From Eledone cirrhosa (Eukaryota): a stretch of DNA of 64,000 nt. Shown piece by piece: positions 23,821 through 38,100 of the stretch. A program made the translations under genes and the position numbers. Under the pieces are notes generated by a model. The model saw only the letters and a program-made list of their open reading frames with translations. It was not told the DNA's origin and did no database searches. The stretch spans positions 250,356,001-250,420,000 of the forward strand of contig OZ024741.1 in assembly GCA_964016885.1 (NCBI GenBank). The letters are read 5' to 3'. Numbering within the stretch: position 1 is the first letter of the stretch; each line of letters opens with the position of its first letter.

Positions 23821-26139
23821 AAAAAAAATCAGGGGGAGATAATTTGTAAAAAAAATCAGGGGTAGATAATTTCCAGCCGTCCAAGGGGAGATAATTTCCA
23901 TCCTTCCAAGGGGAGATAATTTCCAGCCGTCCAAGGGGAGATAATTTCCCGCCAGCCAAGGAGAGATAATATTTAAAAAAATCAGGCGGAGATAATTTGT
24001 AAAAAAATCAGGTTGAGATAATTTGTAAAAAAATCAGGGGGAGATAATTTGTAAAAAAAAATCAGGGGGAGATAATTTGTAAAAAAAATCAGGGGGAGAT
24101 AATTTGTAAAAAAAAATCAGGGGAGATAATTTGTAAAAAAAAATCGGGGAGATAATTTGTAAAAAAAATCAGGGGGAGATAATTTGGAAAAAAAATCAAG
24201 GGGAGATAATTTCCAGCCGTCCAAGGGGAGATAATTTTCAGCCGTCCAAGGAGAGGTAAATTATAGCCGTCCAAGGAGAGATAATTTCCAGCCGTCCAAG
24301 GTGAGATAATTTCCAGCCGTCCAAGGGGAGATAATTTTTTTAAAAAAATCAGGCGCAGATAAGTTGTAAAAAAAATCAGGGGGAGATAATTTGTAAAAAA
24401 AATCAAGGGGAGATAATTTCCAGCCGTCCAAGGGAAGATAATTTCCAGCCCTCCAAGGGGCTATAATTTCCAGCGTCCAAGGGGAGATAATTTCCAGCCA
24501 GGGAAGGGGAGATAATTTTTTTTAAAAAATCACTGGGAGATTTGTAAAAAAAATCAGGGGGAGATAATTTGTAAAAAACTCAAGGGGTGATAATTTCCAG
24601 CCGTCCAAAGAGAGATAATTTCTAGCCGTCCAAGGGGAGATAATTTCCAGCCAAGGGGAGATAATTTCCTGCCTTCCAAGGGGAGATAATTTTTAAAAAA
24701 ATCAGGTGGAGATAATTTGTAAAAAAAATCAGTGGAAGATAATTTGTAAAAAGAAAATCAAGGGCAGATAATTTCCAGCCGTCCAAGGGGATATAATTTC
24801 CCGCCAGCCAAGGGAAGATAATATTGAAAAAAATCAGGGGGAGATAATTTGTAAAAAAAAATCAGGGGGAGATAATTTGTAAAAAAAATCAAGGGGAGAT
24901 AATTTCCAGCCGTCCAAGGGGAGATAATTTTCAACCGTCCAAGGGGAGATAATTTCCCGCCAGCCAAGGGAAGATAATATTTAAAAAAATCAGGCGGAGA
25001 TAATTTGTAAAAAAAATCAGGGGGAGATAATTTGTAAAAAAATCAGGGGGAGATAATTTGTAAAAAAAAAATCAGGGGGAGATAATTTGTAAAAAAAATC
25101 AGGGGGAGATAATTTGTAAAAAAAATCAGGGGTAGATAATTTGTAAAAAAAAATCAGGGGGAGATAATTTGTAAAAAAAATCAGGGGGAGATAATTTGTA
25201 AAAAAAATCAGGGGTAGATAATTTCCAGCCGTCCAAGGGGAGATAATTTCCATCCTTCCAAGGGGAGATAATTTCCAGCCGTCCAAGGGGAGATAATTTC
25301 CCGCCAGCCAAGGAGAGATAATATTTAAAAAAATCAGGCGGAGATAATTTGTAAAAAAAATCAGGGGGAGATAATTTGTAAAAAAATCAGGGGGAGATAA
25401 TTTGTAAAAAAAAAATCAGGGGGAGATAATTTGTAAAAAAAATCAGGGGGAGATAATTTGTAAAAAAAAATCAGGGGTAGATAATTTGTAAAAAAAAATC
25501 AGGGGGAGATAATTTGTAAAAAAAAAATCAGGGGGAGATAATTTGTAAAAAAATCAAGGGGAGATAATTTCCAGCCGTCCAAGGGGAGATAATTTTCAGC
25601 CGTCCAAGGAGAGGTAATTTCTAGCCGTCCAAGGGGAGATAATTTCCAGCCGTCCAAGGGGAGACAATTTTTTTAAAAAAATCAGGCGGAGATAATTTGT
25701 AAACAAAAATCAGGGGGAGATAATTTGTAAAAAAAAATCAGGGGGAGATAATTTGTAAAAAAAAATCAGGGAGATAATTTGTAAAAAAAATCAAGGGGAG
25801 ATAATTTCCAGCCGTCCAAGGGGAGGTAATATCTAGCCATCCAAGGGGAGATAATTTCCAGCCGTCCAAGGGGAGATAATTTCCAGCCGTCCAAGGGGAG
25901 ATAATATCCAGCCGTCCAAGGAGACATATTTTCCAGCCGTCCAAGGAGAGGTAATTTCTAGCCGTCCAAGGGGAGATAAGTTCCAGCCTCCAAGGGGAGA
26001 TAATTTCCAGCCAGCCAAGGGGAGATAATTTGTAAAAAAATCAGGGGGAGATAATTTGTAAAAAAAAATCAGGGGGAGATAATTTGTAAAAGAAAATCAG
26101 GGGGAGATAATTTGTAAAAAAAATCAAGGGGAGATAATT

Positions 26140-29100
26140 TCCAGCCGTCCAAGGGGAGATAATTTTCAGCCGTCCAAGGAGAGGTAAATTCTAGCCGTCC
26201 AAGGAGAGATAATTTCCAGGCGTCCAAGGGGAGATAATTTCCAGCCAGCCAAGGGGAGATAATTTGTAAAAAAATCAGGGGTAGATAATTTGTAAAAAAA
26301 AATCAGGGGGAGATAATTTGTAAAAAAAAATCAGAGGGAGATAATTTGTAAAAAAAATCAAGGGGAGATAATTTCCAGCCGTCCAAGGGGAGATAATTTT
26401 CAGCCGTCCAAGGAGAGGTAAATTCTAGCCGTCCAAGGAGAGATAATTTCCAGGCGTCCAAGGGGAGATAATTTCCAGCCAGCCAAGGGAAGATAATTTG
26501 TAAAAAAATCAGGGGTAGATAATTTGTAAAAAAAAATCAGGGGGAGATAATTTGTAAAAAAAAATCAGGGGGAGATAATTTGTAAAAAAAATCAAGGGGA
26601 GATAATTTCCAGCCGTCCAAGGGGAGATAATTTTCAGCCGTCCAAGGAGAGGTAATTTCTAGCCGTCCATGGGGAGATAAGTTCCAGCCTCCAAGGGGAG
26701 ATAATTTCCAGCCAGCCAAGGGGAGATAATTTGTAAAAAAATCAGGGGTAGATAATTTGTAAAAAAAAATCAGGGGGAGATAATTTGTAAAAAAAATCAG
26801 GGGGAGATAATTTGTAAAAAAAATCAGGGGTAGATAATTTCCAGCCGTCCAAGGGGAGATAATTTCCATCCTTCCAAGGGGAGATAATTTCCAGCCGTCC
26901 AAGGGGAGATAATTTCCCGCCAGCCAAGGAGAGATAATATTTAAAAAAATCAGGCGGAGATAATTTGTAAAAATATCAGGTTGAGATAATTTGTAAAAAA
27001 ATCAGGGGGAGATAATTTGTAAAAAAAAAATCAGGGGGAGATAATTTGTAAAAAAAATCAGGGGGAGATAATTTGTAAAAAAAAATCAGGGGTAGATAAT
27101 TTGTAAAAAAAAATCAGGGGGAGATAATTTGTAAAAAAAAATCAGGGGGAGATAATTTGTAAAAAAATCAAGGGTAGATAATTTCTAGCCGTCCAATGGG
27201 AGATAATTTTCAGCCGTCCAAGGAGAGGTAATTTCTAGCCGTCCAAGGGGAGATAATTTCCAGCCGTCCAAGGGGAGATAATTTTTAAAAAAAAATCAGG
27301 CGGAGATAATTTGTAAACAAAAATCAGGGGGAGATAATTTGTAAAAAAAAATCAGGGGGAGATAATTTGTAAAAAAAAATCAGGGGGAGATAATTTGTAA
27401 AAAAAATCAAGGGGAGATAATTTCCAGCCATCCAAGGGGAGGTAATATCTAGCCATCCAAGGGGAGATAATTTCCAGCCGTCCAAGGGGAGATAATTTCC
27501 AGCCGTCCAAGGGGAGATAATATCCAGCAGTCCAAGGAGACATATTTTCCAGCCGTCCAAGGAGAGGTAATTTCTAGCCGTCCAAGAGGAGATAAGTTCC
27601 AGCCTCCAAGGGGAGATAATTTCCAGCCAGCCAAGGGGAGATAATTTGTAAAAAAATCAGGGGGAGATAATTTGTAAAAAAAAATCAGGGGGAGATAATT
27701 TGTAAAAAAAAATCAGGGGGAGATAATTTGTAAAAAAAAATCAGGGGGAGATAATTTGTAAAAAAAAATCAAGCGGAGATAATTTCCAGCCGTCCAAAGG
27801 GAGATAATTTCCAGCCGTCCAAGGAGAGGTAAATTCTAGCCGTCCAAGGAGAGATAATTTCCAGCCGTCCAAGGGGAGATAATTTCCAGCCGTCCAAGGG
27901 GAGATAATTTTTTAAAAAAATCAGGCTCAGATAAGTTGTAAAAAAAAATCAGGGGCATATAATTTGTAAAAAAAAATCGGGGAGATAATTTGTAAAAAAA
28001 ATCAAGGGGAGATAATTTCCAGCCGTCCAAGGGAAGATAATTTCCAGCCCTCCAAGGGGCTATAATTTCCAGCGTCCAAGGGGAGATAATTTCCAGCCAG
28101 CGAAGGGGAGATAATTTTTTTTAAAAATCACTGGGAGATTTGTAAAAAAAATCAGGGGGAGATAATTTGTAAAAAACTCAAGGGGTGATAATTTCCAGCC
28201 GTCCAAAGAGAGATAATTTCTAGCCGTCCAAGGGGAGATAATTTCCAGCCAAGGGGAGATAATTTCCAGCCGTCCAAGGGGAGATAATTTCCCGCCAGCC
28301 AAGGGAAGATAATATTTAAAAAAATCAGGCGGAGATAATTTGTAAAAAAAATCAGGGGGAGATAATTTGTAAAAAAATCAGGGGGAGATAATTTGTAAAA
28401 AAAAAATCAGGGGGAGATAATTTGTAAAAAAAATCAGGGGTAGATAATTTGTAAAAAAAAATCAGGGGGAGATAATTTGTAAAAAAACATCAGGGGGAGA
28501 TAATTTGTAAAAAAATCAGGGGTAGATAATTTCCAGCCGTCCAAGGGGAGATAATTTTCAGCCGTCCAAGGAGAGGTAAATTCTAGCCGTCCAAGGAGAG
28601 ATAATTTCCAGCCAGCCAAGGGGAGATAATTTGTAAAAAAATCAGGGGGAGATAATTTGTAAAAAAAAAATCAGGGGGAGATAATTTGTAAAAAAAAATC
28701 AGGGGGAGATAATTTGTAAAAAAAATCAAGGGGAGATAATTTCCAGCCGTCCAAGGGGAGATAATTTTCAGCCGTCCAAGGAGAGGTAAATTCTAGCCGT
28801 CCAAGGAGAGATAATTTCCAGGCGTCCAAGGGGAGATAATTTCCAGCCGTCCAAGGGGAGATAATTTTTTTAAAAAAATCAGGCGCAGATAAGTTTTAAA
28901 AAAAAATCAGGGGGAGATAATTTGTAAAAAAAATCAGGAGGAGATAATTTGTAAAAAAATCAGGGGGAGATAATTTGTAAAAAAAAAAAATCAGGGGGAG
29001 ATAATTTATAAAAAAAATCAGGGGTAGATAATTTGTAAAAAAAAATCAGGGGGAGATAATTTGTAAAAAAACATCAGGGGGAGATAATTTGTAAAAAAAA

Positions 29101-32100
29101 TCAGGGGTAGATAATTTCCAGCCGTCCAAGGGGAGATAATTTTCAGCCGTCCAAGGAGAGGTAAATTCTAGCCGTCCAAGGAGAGATAATTTCCAGCCGT
29201 CCAAGGGGAGATAATTTCCAGCCGTCCAAGGGGAGATAATTTTTTAAAAAAATCAGGCGCAGATAAGTTGTAAAAAAAATCAGGGTCAGATAATTTGTAA
29301 AAAAAAATCAGGGGGAGATAATTTGTAAAAAAAATCAAGGGGAGATAATTTCCAGCGTCCAAGGGGAGATAATTTCCAGCCAGCGAAGGGGAGATAATTT
29401 TTTTTAAAAAATCACTGGGAGATTTGTAAAAAAAATCAGGGGGAGATAATTTGTAAAAAACTCAAGGGGTGATAATTTCCAGCCGTCCAAAGAGAGATAA
29501 TTTCTAGCCGTCCAAGGGGAGATAATTTCCAGCCAAGGGGAGATAATTTCCAGCCTTCCAAGGGGAGATAATCTTTTAAAAAATCAGGTGGAGATAATTT
29601 GTAAAAAAAATCAGTGGAAGATAATTTGTAAAAAGAAAATCAAGGGCAGATAATTTCCAGCCGTCCAAGGGGAGATAATTTCCCGCCAGCCAAGGGAAGA
29701 TAATATTTAAAAAAATCAGGCGGAGATAATTTGTAAAAAAAATCAGGGGGAGATAATTTGTAAAAAAATCAGGGGGAGATAATTTGTAAAAAAAAAATCA
29801 GGGGGAGATAATTTGTAAAAAAAATCAGGGGTAGATAATTTGTAAAAAAAAATCAGGGGGAGATAATTTGTAAAAAAAATCAGGGGGAGATAATTTGTAA
29901 AAAAAATCAGGGGTAGATAATTTCCAGCCGTCCAAGGGGAGATAATTTTCATCCTTCCAAGGGGAGATAATTTCCCGCCGTCCAAGGGGAGATAATTTCC
30001 CGCCAGCCAAGGAGAGATAATATTTAAAAAAATCAGGCGGGGATAATTTGTAAAAAAAATCAGGGGGAGATAATTTGTAAAAAAATCAGGGGGAGATAAT
30101 TTGTAAAAAAAAAATCAGGGGGAGATAATTTTAAAAAAAATAAGGGGGAGATAATTTGTAAAAAAAAATCAGGGGTAGATAATTTGTAAAAAAAATCAGG
30201 GGGAGATAATTTGTAAAAAAAAAATCAGGGGGAGATAATTTGTAAAAAAATCAAGGGGAGAAAATTTCCAGTCGTCCAAGGGGAGATAATTTTCAGCCGT
30301 CCAAGGAGAGGTAATTTCTAGCCGTCCAAGGGGAGATAATTTCCAGCCGTCCAAGGGGAGATAATTTTTAAAAAAAAATCAGGCGGAGATAATTTGTAAA
30401 CAAAAATCAGGGGGAGATAATTTGTAAAAAAAAATCAGGGGGAGATAATTTGTAAAAAAAAATCAGGGGGAGATAATTTGTAAAAAAAATCAAGGGGAGA
30501 TAATTTCCAGCCATCCAAGGGGAGGTAATATCTAGCCATCCAAGGGGAGATAATTTCCAGCCGTCCAAGGGGAGATAATTTCCAGCCGTCCAAGGGGAGA
30601 TAATATCCAGCAGTCCAAGGAGACATATTTTCCAGCCGTCCAAGGAGAGGTAATTTCTAGCCGTCCAAGAGGAGATAAGTTCCAGCCTCCAAGGGGAGAT
30701 AATTTCCAGCCAGCCAAGGGGAGATAATTTGTAAAAAAATCAGGGGGAGATAATTTGTAAAAAAAAATCAGGGGGAGATAATTTGTAAAAAAAAATCAGG
30801 GGGAGATAATTTGTAAAAAAAAATCAGGGGGAGATAATTTGTAAAAAAAAATCAAGCGGAGATAATTTCCAGCCGTCCAAGGGGAGATAATTTTCAGCCG
30901 TCCAAGGAGAGGTAAATTCTAGCCGTCCAAGGAGAGATAATTTCCAGCCGTCCAAGGGGAGATAATTTCCAGCGTCCAAGGGGAGATAATTTCCAGCCAG
31001 CGAAGGGGAGATAATTTTTTTTAAAAATCACTGGGAGATTTGTAAAAAAAATCAGGGGGAGATAATTTGTAAAAAACTCAAGGGGTGATAATTTCCAGCC
31101 GTCCAAAGAGAGATAATTTCTAGCCGTCCAAGGGGAGATAATTTCCAGCCAAGGGGAGATAATTTCCAGCCGTCCAAGGGGAGATAATTTCCCGCCAGCC
31201 AAGGGAAGATAATATTTAAAAAAATCAGGCGGAGATAATTTGTAAAAAAATCAGGGGGAGATAATTTGTAAAAAAATCAGGGGGAGATAATTTGTAAAAA
31301 AAAAATCAGGGGGAGATAATTTGTAAAAAAAATCAGGGGTAGATAATTTGTAAAAAAAAATCAGGGGGAGATAATTTGTAAAAAAACATCAGGGGGAGAT
31401 AATTTGTAAAAAAAATCAGGGGTAGATAATTTCCAGCCGTCCAAGGGGAGATAATTTTCAGCCGTCCAAGGAGAGGTAAATTCTAGCCGTCCAAGGAGAG
31501 ATAATTCCAGCCGTCCAAGGGGAGATAATTTCCAGCCGTCCAAGGGGAGATAATTTTATAAAAAAAATCAGGCGCAGATAAGTTGTAAAAAAAATCAGGG
31601 TCAGATAATTTGTAAAAAAAAATCAGGGGGAGATAATTTGTAAAAAAAATCAAGGGGAGATAATTTCCAGCCGTCCAAGGGAAGATAATTTCCAGCCCTC
31701 CAAGGGGCTATAATTTCCAGCGTCCAAGGGGAGATAATTTCCAGCCAGCGAAGGGGAGATAATTTTTTTAAAAAATCACTGGGAGATTTGTAAAAAAAAT
31801 CAGGGGGAGATAATTTGTAAAAAACTCAAGGGGTGATAATTTCCAGCCGTCCAAAGAGAGATAATTTCTAGCCGTCCAAGGGGAGATAATTTCCAGCCAA
31901 GGGGAGATAATTTCCAGCCTTCCAAGGGGAGATAATTTTTTAAAAAATCAGGTGGAGATAATTTGTAAAAAAAATCAGTGGAAGATAATTTGTAAAAAGA
32001 AAATCAAGGGCAGATAATTTCCAGCCGTCCAAGGGGAGATAATTTCCCGCCAGCCAAGGGAAGATAATATTTAAAAAAATCAGGCGGAGATAATTTGTAA

Positions 32101-35100
32101 AAAAAATCAGGGGGAGATAATTTGTAAAAAAATCAGGGGGAGATAATTTGTAAAAAAAAAATCAGGGGGAGATAATTTGTAAAAAAAAATCAGGGGGAGA
32201 TAATTTGTAAAAAAAATCAGGGGTAGATAATTTGTAAAAAAAAATCAGGGGGAGGTAATTTGTAAAAAAAATCATGGGGAGATAATTTGTAAAAAAAATC
32301 AGGGGTAGATAATTTCCAGCCGTCCAAGGGGAGATAATTTCCATCCTTCCAAGGGGAGATAATTTCCAGCCGTCCAAGGGGAGATAATTTCCCGCCAGCC
32401 AAGGAGAGATAATATTTAAAAAAATCAGGCGGGGATAATTTGTAAAAAAAATCAGGGGGAGATAATTTGTAAAAAAATCAGGGGGAGATAATTTGTAAAA
32501 AAAAATCAGGGGGAGATAATTTGTAAAAAAAAAATCAGGGGGAGATAATTTGTAAAAAAATCAAGGGGAGATAATTTCCAGCCGTCCAAGGGGAGATAAT
32601 TTTCAGCCGTCCAAGGAGAGGTAATTTCTAGCCGTCCAAGGGGAGATAATTTCCAGCCGTCCAAGGGGAGATAATTTTAAAAAAAAAATCAGGCGGAGTT
32701 AATTTGTAAACAAAAATCAGGGGGAGATAATTTGTAAAAAAAATCAGGGGGAGATAATTTGTAAAAAAAAATCAGGGGGAGATAATTTGTAAAAAAAATC
32801 AAGGGGAGATAATTTCCAGCCGTCCAAGGGGAGGTAATATCTAGCCATCCAAGGGGAGATAATTTCCAGCCGTCCAAGGGGAGATAATTTCCAGCCGTCC
32901 AAGGGCAGATAATATCCAGCCGTCCAAGGAGACATATTTTCCAGCCGTCCAAGGAGAGGTAATTTCTAGCCGTCCAAGGTTAGATAAGTTCCAGCCTCCA
33001 AGGGGAGATAATTTCCAGCCAGCCAAGGGGAGATAATTTGTAAAAAAATCAGGGGGAGATAATTTGTAAAAAAAAAATCAGGGGGAGATAATTTGTAAAA
33101 AAAAATCAGGGGGAGATAATTTGTAAAAAAAATCAAGGGGAGATAATTTCCAGCCGTCCAAGGGGAGATAATTTTCAGCCGTCCAAGGAGAGGTAAATTC
33201 TAGCCGTCCAAGGAGAGATAATTTCCAGGCGTCCAAGGGGAGATAATTTCCAGCCGTCCAAGGGGAGATAATTTTTTTAAAAAAATCAGGCGCAGATAAG
33301 TTTTAAAAAAAAATCAGGGGGAGATAATTTGTAAAAAAAATCAGGGGGAGATAATTTGTAAAAAAATCAGGGGGAGATAATTTGTAAAAAAAAAATCAGG
33401 GGGAGATAATTTGTAAAAAAAATCAGGGGTAGATAATTTGTAAAAAAAAAGCAGGGGGAGATAATTTGTAAAAAAACATCAGGGGGAGATAATTTGTAAA
33501 AAAAATCAGGGGTAGATAATTTCCAGCCGTCCAAGGGGAGATAATTTTCAGCCGTCCAAGGAGAGGTAAATTCTAGCCGTCCAAGGAGAGATAATTTCCA
33601 GCCGTCCAAGGGGAGATAATTTCCAGCCGTCCAAGGGGAGATAATTTTTTAAAAAAATCAGGCACAGATAAGTTGTAAAAAAAATCAGGGTCAGATAATT
33701 TGTAAAAAAAAATCAGGGGGAGATAATTTGTAAAAAAAATCAAGGGGAGATAATTTCCAGCGTCCAAGGGGAGATAATTTCCAGCCAGCGAAGGGGAGAT
33801 AATTTTTTTTAAAAAATCACTGGGAGATTTGTAAAAAAAATCAGGGGGAGATAATTTGTAAAAAACTCAAGGGGTGATAATTTCCAGCCGTCCAAAGAGA
33901 GATAATTTCTAGCCGTCCAAGGGGAGATAATTTCCAGCCAAGGGGAGATAATTTCCAGCCTTCCAAGGGGAGATAATCTTTTAAAAAATCAGGTGGAGAT
34001 AATTTGTAAAAAAAATCAGTGGAAGATAATTTGTAAAAAGAAAATCAAGGGCAGATAATTTCCAGCCGTCCAAGGGGAGATAATTTCCCGCCAGCCAAGG
34101 GAAGATAATATTTAAAAAAATCAGGCGGAGATAATTTGTAAAAAAAATCAGGGGGAGATAATTTGTAAAAAAATCAGGGGGAGATAATTTGTAAAAAAAA
34201 AATCAGGGGGAGATAATTTGTAAAAAAAAATCAGGGGGAGATAATTTGTAAAAAAAATCAGGGGTAGATAATTTGTAAAAAAAAATCAGGGGGAGATAAT
34301 TTGTAAAAAAAATCAGGGGGAGATAATTTGTAAAAAAAAATCAGGGGTAGATAATTTCCAGCCGTCCAAGGGGAGATAATTTCCCGCCAGCCAAGGGAAG
34401 ATAATATTTAAAAAAATCAGGGGGAGATAATTTGTAAAAAAAAATCAGGGGGAGATAATTTGTAAAAAAAATCAAGGGGAGATAATTTCCAGCCGTCCAA
34501 GGGGAGATAATTTTCAACCGTCCAAGGGGAGATAATTTCCCGCCAGCCAAGGGAAGATAATATTTAAAAAAATCAGGCGGAGATAATTTGTAAAAAAAAT
34601 CAGGGGGAGATAATTTGTAAAAAAATCAGGGGGAGATAATTTGTAAAAAAAAATCAGGGGGAGATAATTTGTAAAAAAAATCAGGGGGAGATAATTTGTA
34701 AAAAAAATCAGGGGCAGATAATTTGTAAAAAAAAATCAGGGGGAGATAATTTGTAAAAAAAATCAGGGGGAGATAATTTGTAAAAAAAATCAGGGGTAGA
34801 TAATTTCCAGCCGTCCAAGGGGAGATAATTTCCATCCTTCCAAGGGGAGATAATTTCCAGCCGTCCAAGGGGAGATAATTTCCCGCCAGCCAAGGAGAGA
34901 TAATATTTAAAAAAATCAGGCGGAGATAATTTGTAAAAAAAATCAGGGGGAGATAATTTGTAAAAAAATCAGGGGGAGATAATTTGTAAAAAAAAAATCA
35001 GGGGGAGATAATTTGTATAAAAAATCAGGGGGAGATAATTTGTAAAAAAAATCAGGGCTAGATAATTTGTAAAAAAAAATCAGGGGGAGATAATTTGTAA

Positions 35101-38100
35101 AAAAAATCAGGGGGAGATAATTTGTAAAAAAAATCAGGGGTAGATAATTTCCAGCCGTCCAAGGGGAGAAGATTTCCCGCCAGCCAAGGAGAGATAATAT
35201 TTAAAAAAATCAGGCGGAGATAATTTGTAAAAAAAATCAGGGGGAGATAATTTGTAAAAAAATCAGGGGGAGATAATTTGTAAAAAAAAAATCAGGGGGA
35301 GATAATTTGTAAAAAAAATCAGGGGGAGATAATTTGTAAAAAAAAATCAGGGGTAGATAATTTGTAAAAAAAAATCAGGGGGAGATAATTTGTAAAAAAA
35401 AAATCAGGGGGAGATAATTTGTAAAAAAATCAAGGGGAGATAATTTCCAGCCGTCCAAGGGGAGATAATTTTCAGCCGTCCAAGGAGAGGTAATTTCTAG
35501 CCGTCCAAGGGGAGATAATTTCCAGCCGTCCAAGGGGAGATAATTTTTTAAAAAAAATCAGGCGGAGATAATTTGTAAACAAAAATCAGGGGGAGATAAT
35601 TTGTAAAAAAAAATCAGGGGGAGATAATTTGTAAAAAAAAATCAGGGAGATAATTTGTAAAAAAAATCAAGGGGAGATAATTTCCAGCCGTCCAAGGGGA
35701 GGTAATATCTAGCCATCCAAGGGGAGATAATTTCCAGCCGTCCAAGGGGAGATAATTTCCAGCCGTCCAAGGGGAGATAATTTCCCGCCAGCCAAGGAGA
35801 GATAATATTTAAAAAAATCAGGCAGAGATAATTTGTAAAAAAAATCAGGGGGATATAATTTGTAAAAAAATCAGGGGGAGATAATTTGTAAAAAAAAAAT
35901 CAGGGGGAGATAATTTGTAAAAAAAATCAGGGGGAGATAATTTGTAAAAAAAATCAGGGGTAGATAATTTGTAAAAAAAAATCAGGGGGAGATAATTTGT
36001 AAAAAAAATCAGGGGGAGATAATTTGTAAAAAAAATCAGGGGTAGATAATTTCCAGCCGTCCAAGGGGAGATAATTTCCATCCTTCCAAGGGGAGATAAT
36101 TTCCAGCCGTCCAAGGGGAGATAATTTCCCGCCAGCCAAGGAGAGATAATATTTAAAAAAATCAGGCGGAGATAATTTGTAAAAAACATCAGGGGGAGAT
36201 AATTTGTAAAAAAATCAGGGGGAGATAATTTGTAAAAAAAAAATCAGGGGGAGATAATTTGTAAAAAAAATCAGGGGGAGATAATTTGTAAAAAAAATCA
36301 GGGCTAGATAATTTGTAAAAAAAAATCAGGGGGAGATAATTTGTAAAAAAAATCAGGGGGAGATAATTTGTAAAAAAAATCAGGGGTATATAATTTCCAG
36401 CCGTCCAAGGGGAGATAATTTCCATCCTTCCAAGGGGAGATAATTTCCAGCCGTCCAAGGGGAGATAATTTTCAGCCGTCCAAGGAGAGGTAAATTCTAG
36501 CCGTCCAAGGAGAGATAATTTCCAGGCGTCCAAGGGGAGATAATTTCCAGCCAGCCAAGGGGAGATAATTTGTAAAAAAATCAGGGGTAGATAATTTGTA
36601 AAAAAAAATCAGGGGGAGATAATTTGTAAAAAAAAATCAGGGGGAGATAATTTGTAAAAAAAATCAAGGGGAGATAATTTCCAGCCGTCCAAGGGGAGAT
36701 AATTTTCAGCCGTCCAAGGAGAGGTAAATTCTAGCCGTCCAAGGAGAGATAATTTCCAGGCGTCCAAGGGGAGATAATTTCCAGCCAGCCAAGGGGAGAT
36801 AATTTGTAAAAAAATCAGGGGTAGATAATTTGTAAAAAAAAATCAGGGGGAGATAATTTGTAAAAAAAAATCAGGGGGAGATAATTTGTAAAAAAAATCA
36901 AGGGGAGATAATTTCCAGCCGTCCAAGGGGAGATAATTTTCAGCCGTCCAAGGAGAGGTAATTTCTAGCCGTCCAAGGGGAGATAAGTTCCAGCCTCCAA
37001 GGGGAGATAATTTCCAGCCAGCCAAGGGGAGATAATTTGTAAAAAAATCAGGGGTAGATAATTTGTAAAAAAAAATCAGGGGGAGATAATTTGTAAAAAA
37101 AATCAGGGGGAGATAATTTGTAAAAAAAATCAGGGGTAGATAATTTCCAGCCGTCCAAGGGGAGATAATTTCCATCCTTCCAAGGGGAGATAATTTCCAG
37201 CCGTCCAAGGGGAGATAATTTCCCGCCAGCCAAGGAGAGATAATATTTAAAAAAATCAGGCGGAGATAATTTGTAAAAATATCAGGTTGAGATAATTTGT
37301 AAAAAAATCAGGGGGAGATAATTTGTAAAAAAAAAATCAGGGGGAGATAATTTGTAAAAAAAATCAGGGGGAGATAATTTGTAAAAAAAAATCAGGGGTA
37401 GATAATTTGTAAAAAAAAATCAGGGGGAGATAATTTGTAAAAAAAAATCAGGGGGAGATAATTTGTAAAAAAATCAAGGGTAGATAATTTCTAGCCGTCC
37501 AAGGGGAGATAAATTTCAGCCGTCCAAGGAGAGGTAATTTCTAGCCGTCCAAGGGGAGATAATTTCCAGCCGTCCAAGGGGAGATAATTTTAAAAAAAAA
37601 ATCAGGCGGAGATAATTTGTAAACAAAAATCAGTGGGAGATAATTTGTAAAAAAAAATCAGGGGGAGATAATTTGTAAAAAAAAATCAGGGGGAGATAAT
37701 TTGTAAAAAAAATCAAGGGGAGATAATTTCCAGCCATCCAAGGGGAGGTAATATCTAGCCATCCAAGGGGAGATAATTTCCAGCCGTCCAAGGGGAGATA
37801 ATTTCCAGCCGTCCAAGGGGAGATAATATCCAGCAGTCCAAGGAGACATATTTTCCAGCCGTCCAAGGAGAGGTAATTTCTAGCCGTCCAAGAGGAGATA
37901 AGTTCCAGCCTCCAAGGGGAGATAATTTCCAGCCAGCCAAGGGGAGATAATTTGTAAAAAAATCAGGGGGAGATAATTTGTAAAAAAAAATCAGGGGGAG
38001 ATAATTTGTAAAAAAAAATCAGGGGGAGATAATTTGTAAAAAAAAATCAGGGGGAGATAATTTGTAAAAAAAAATCAAGCGGAGATAATTTCCAGCCGTC

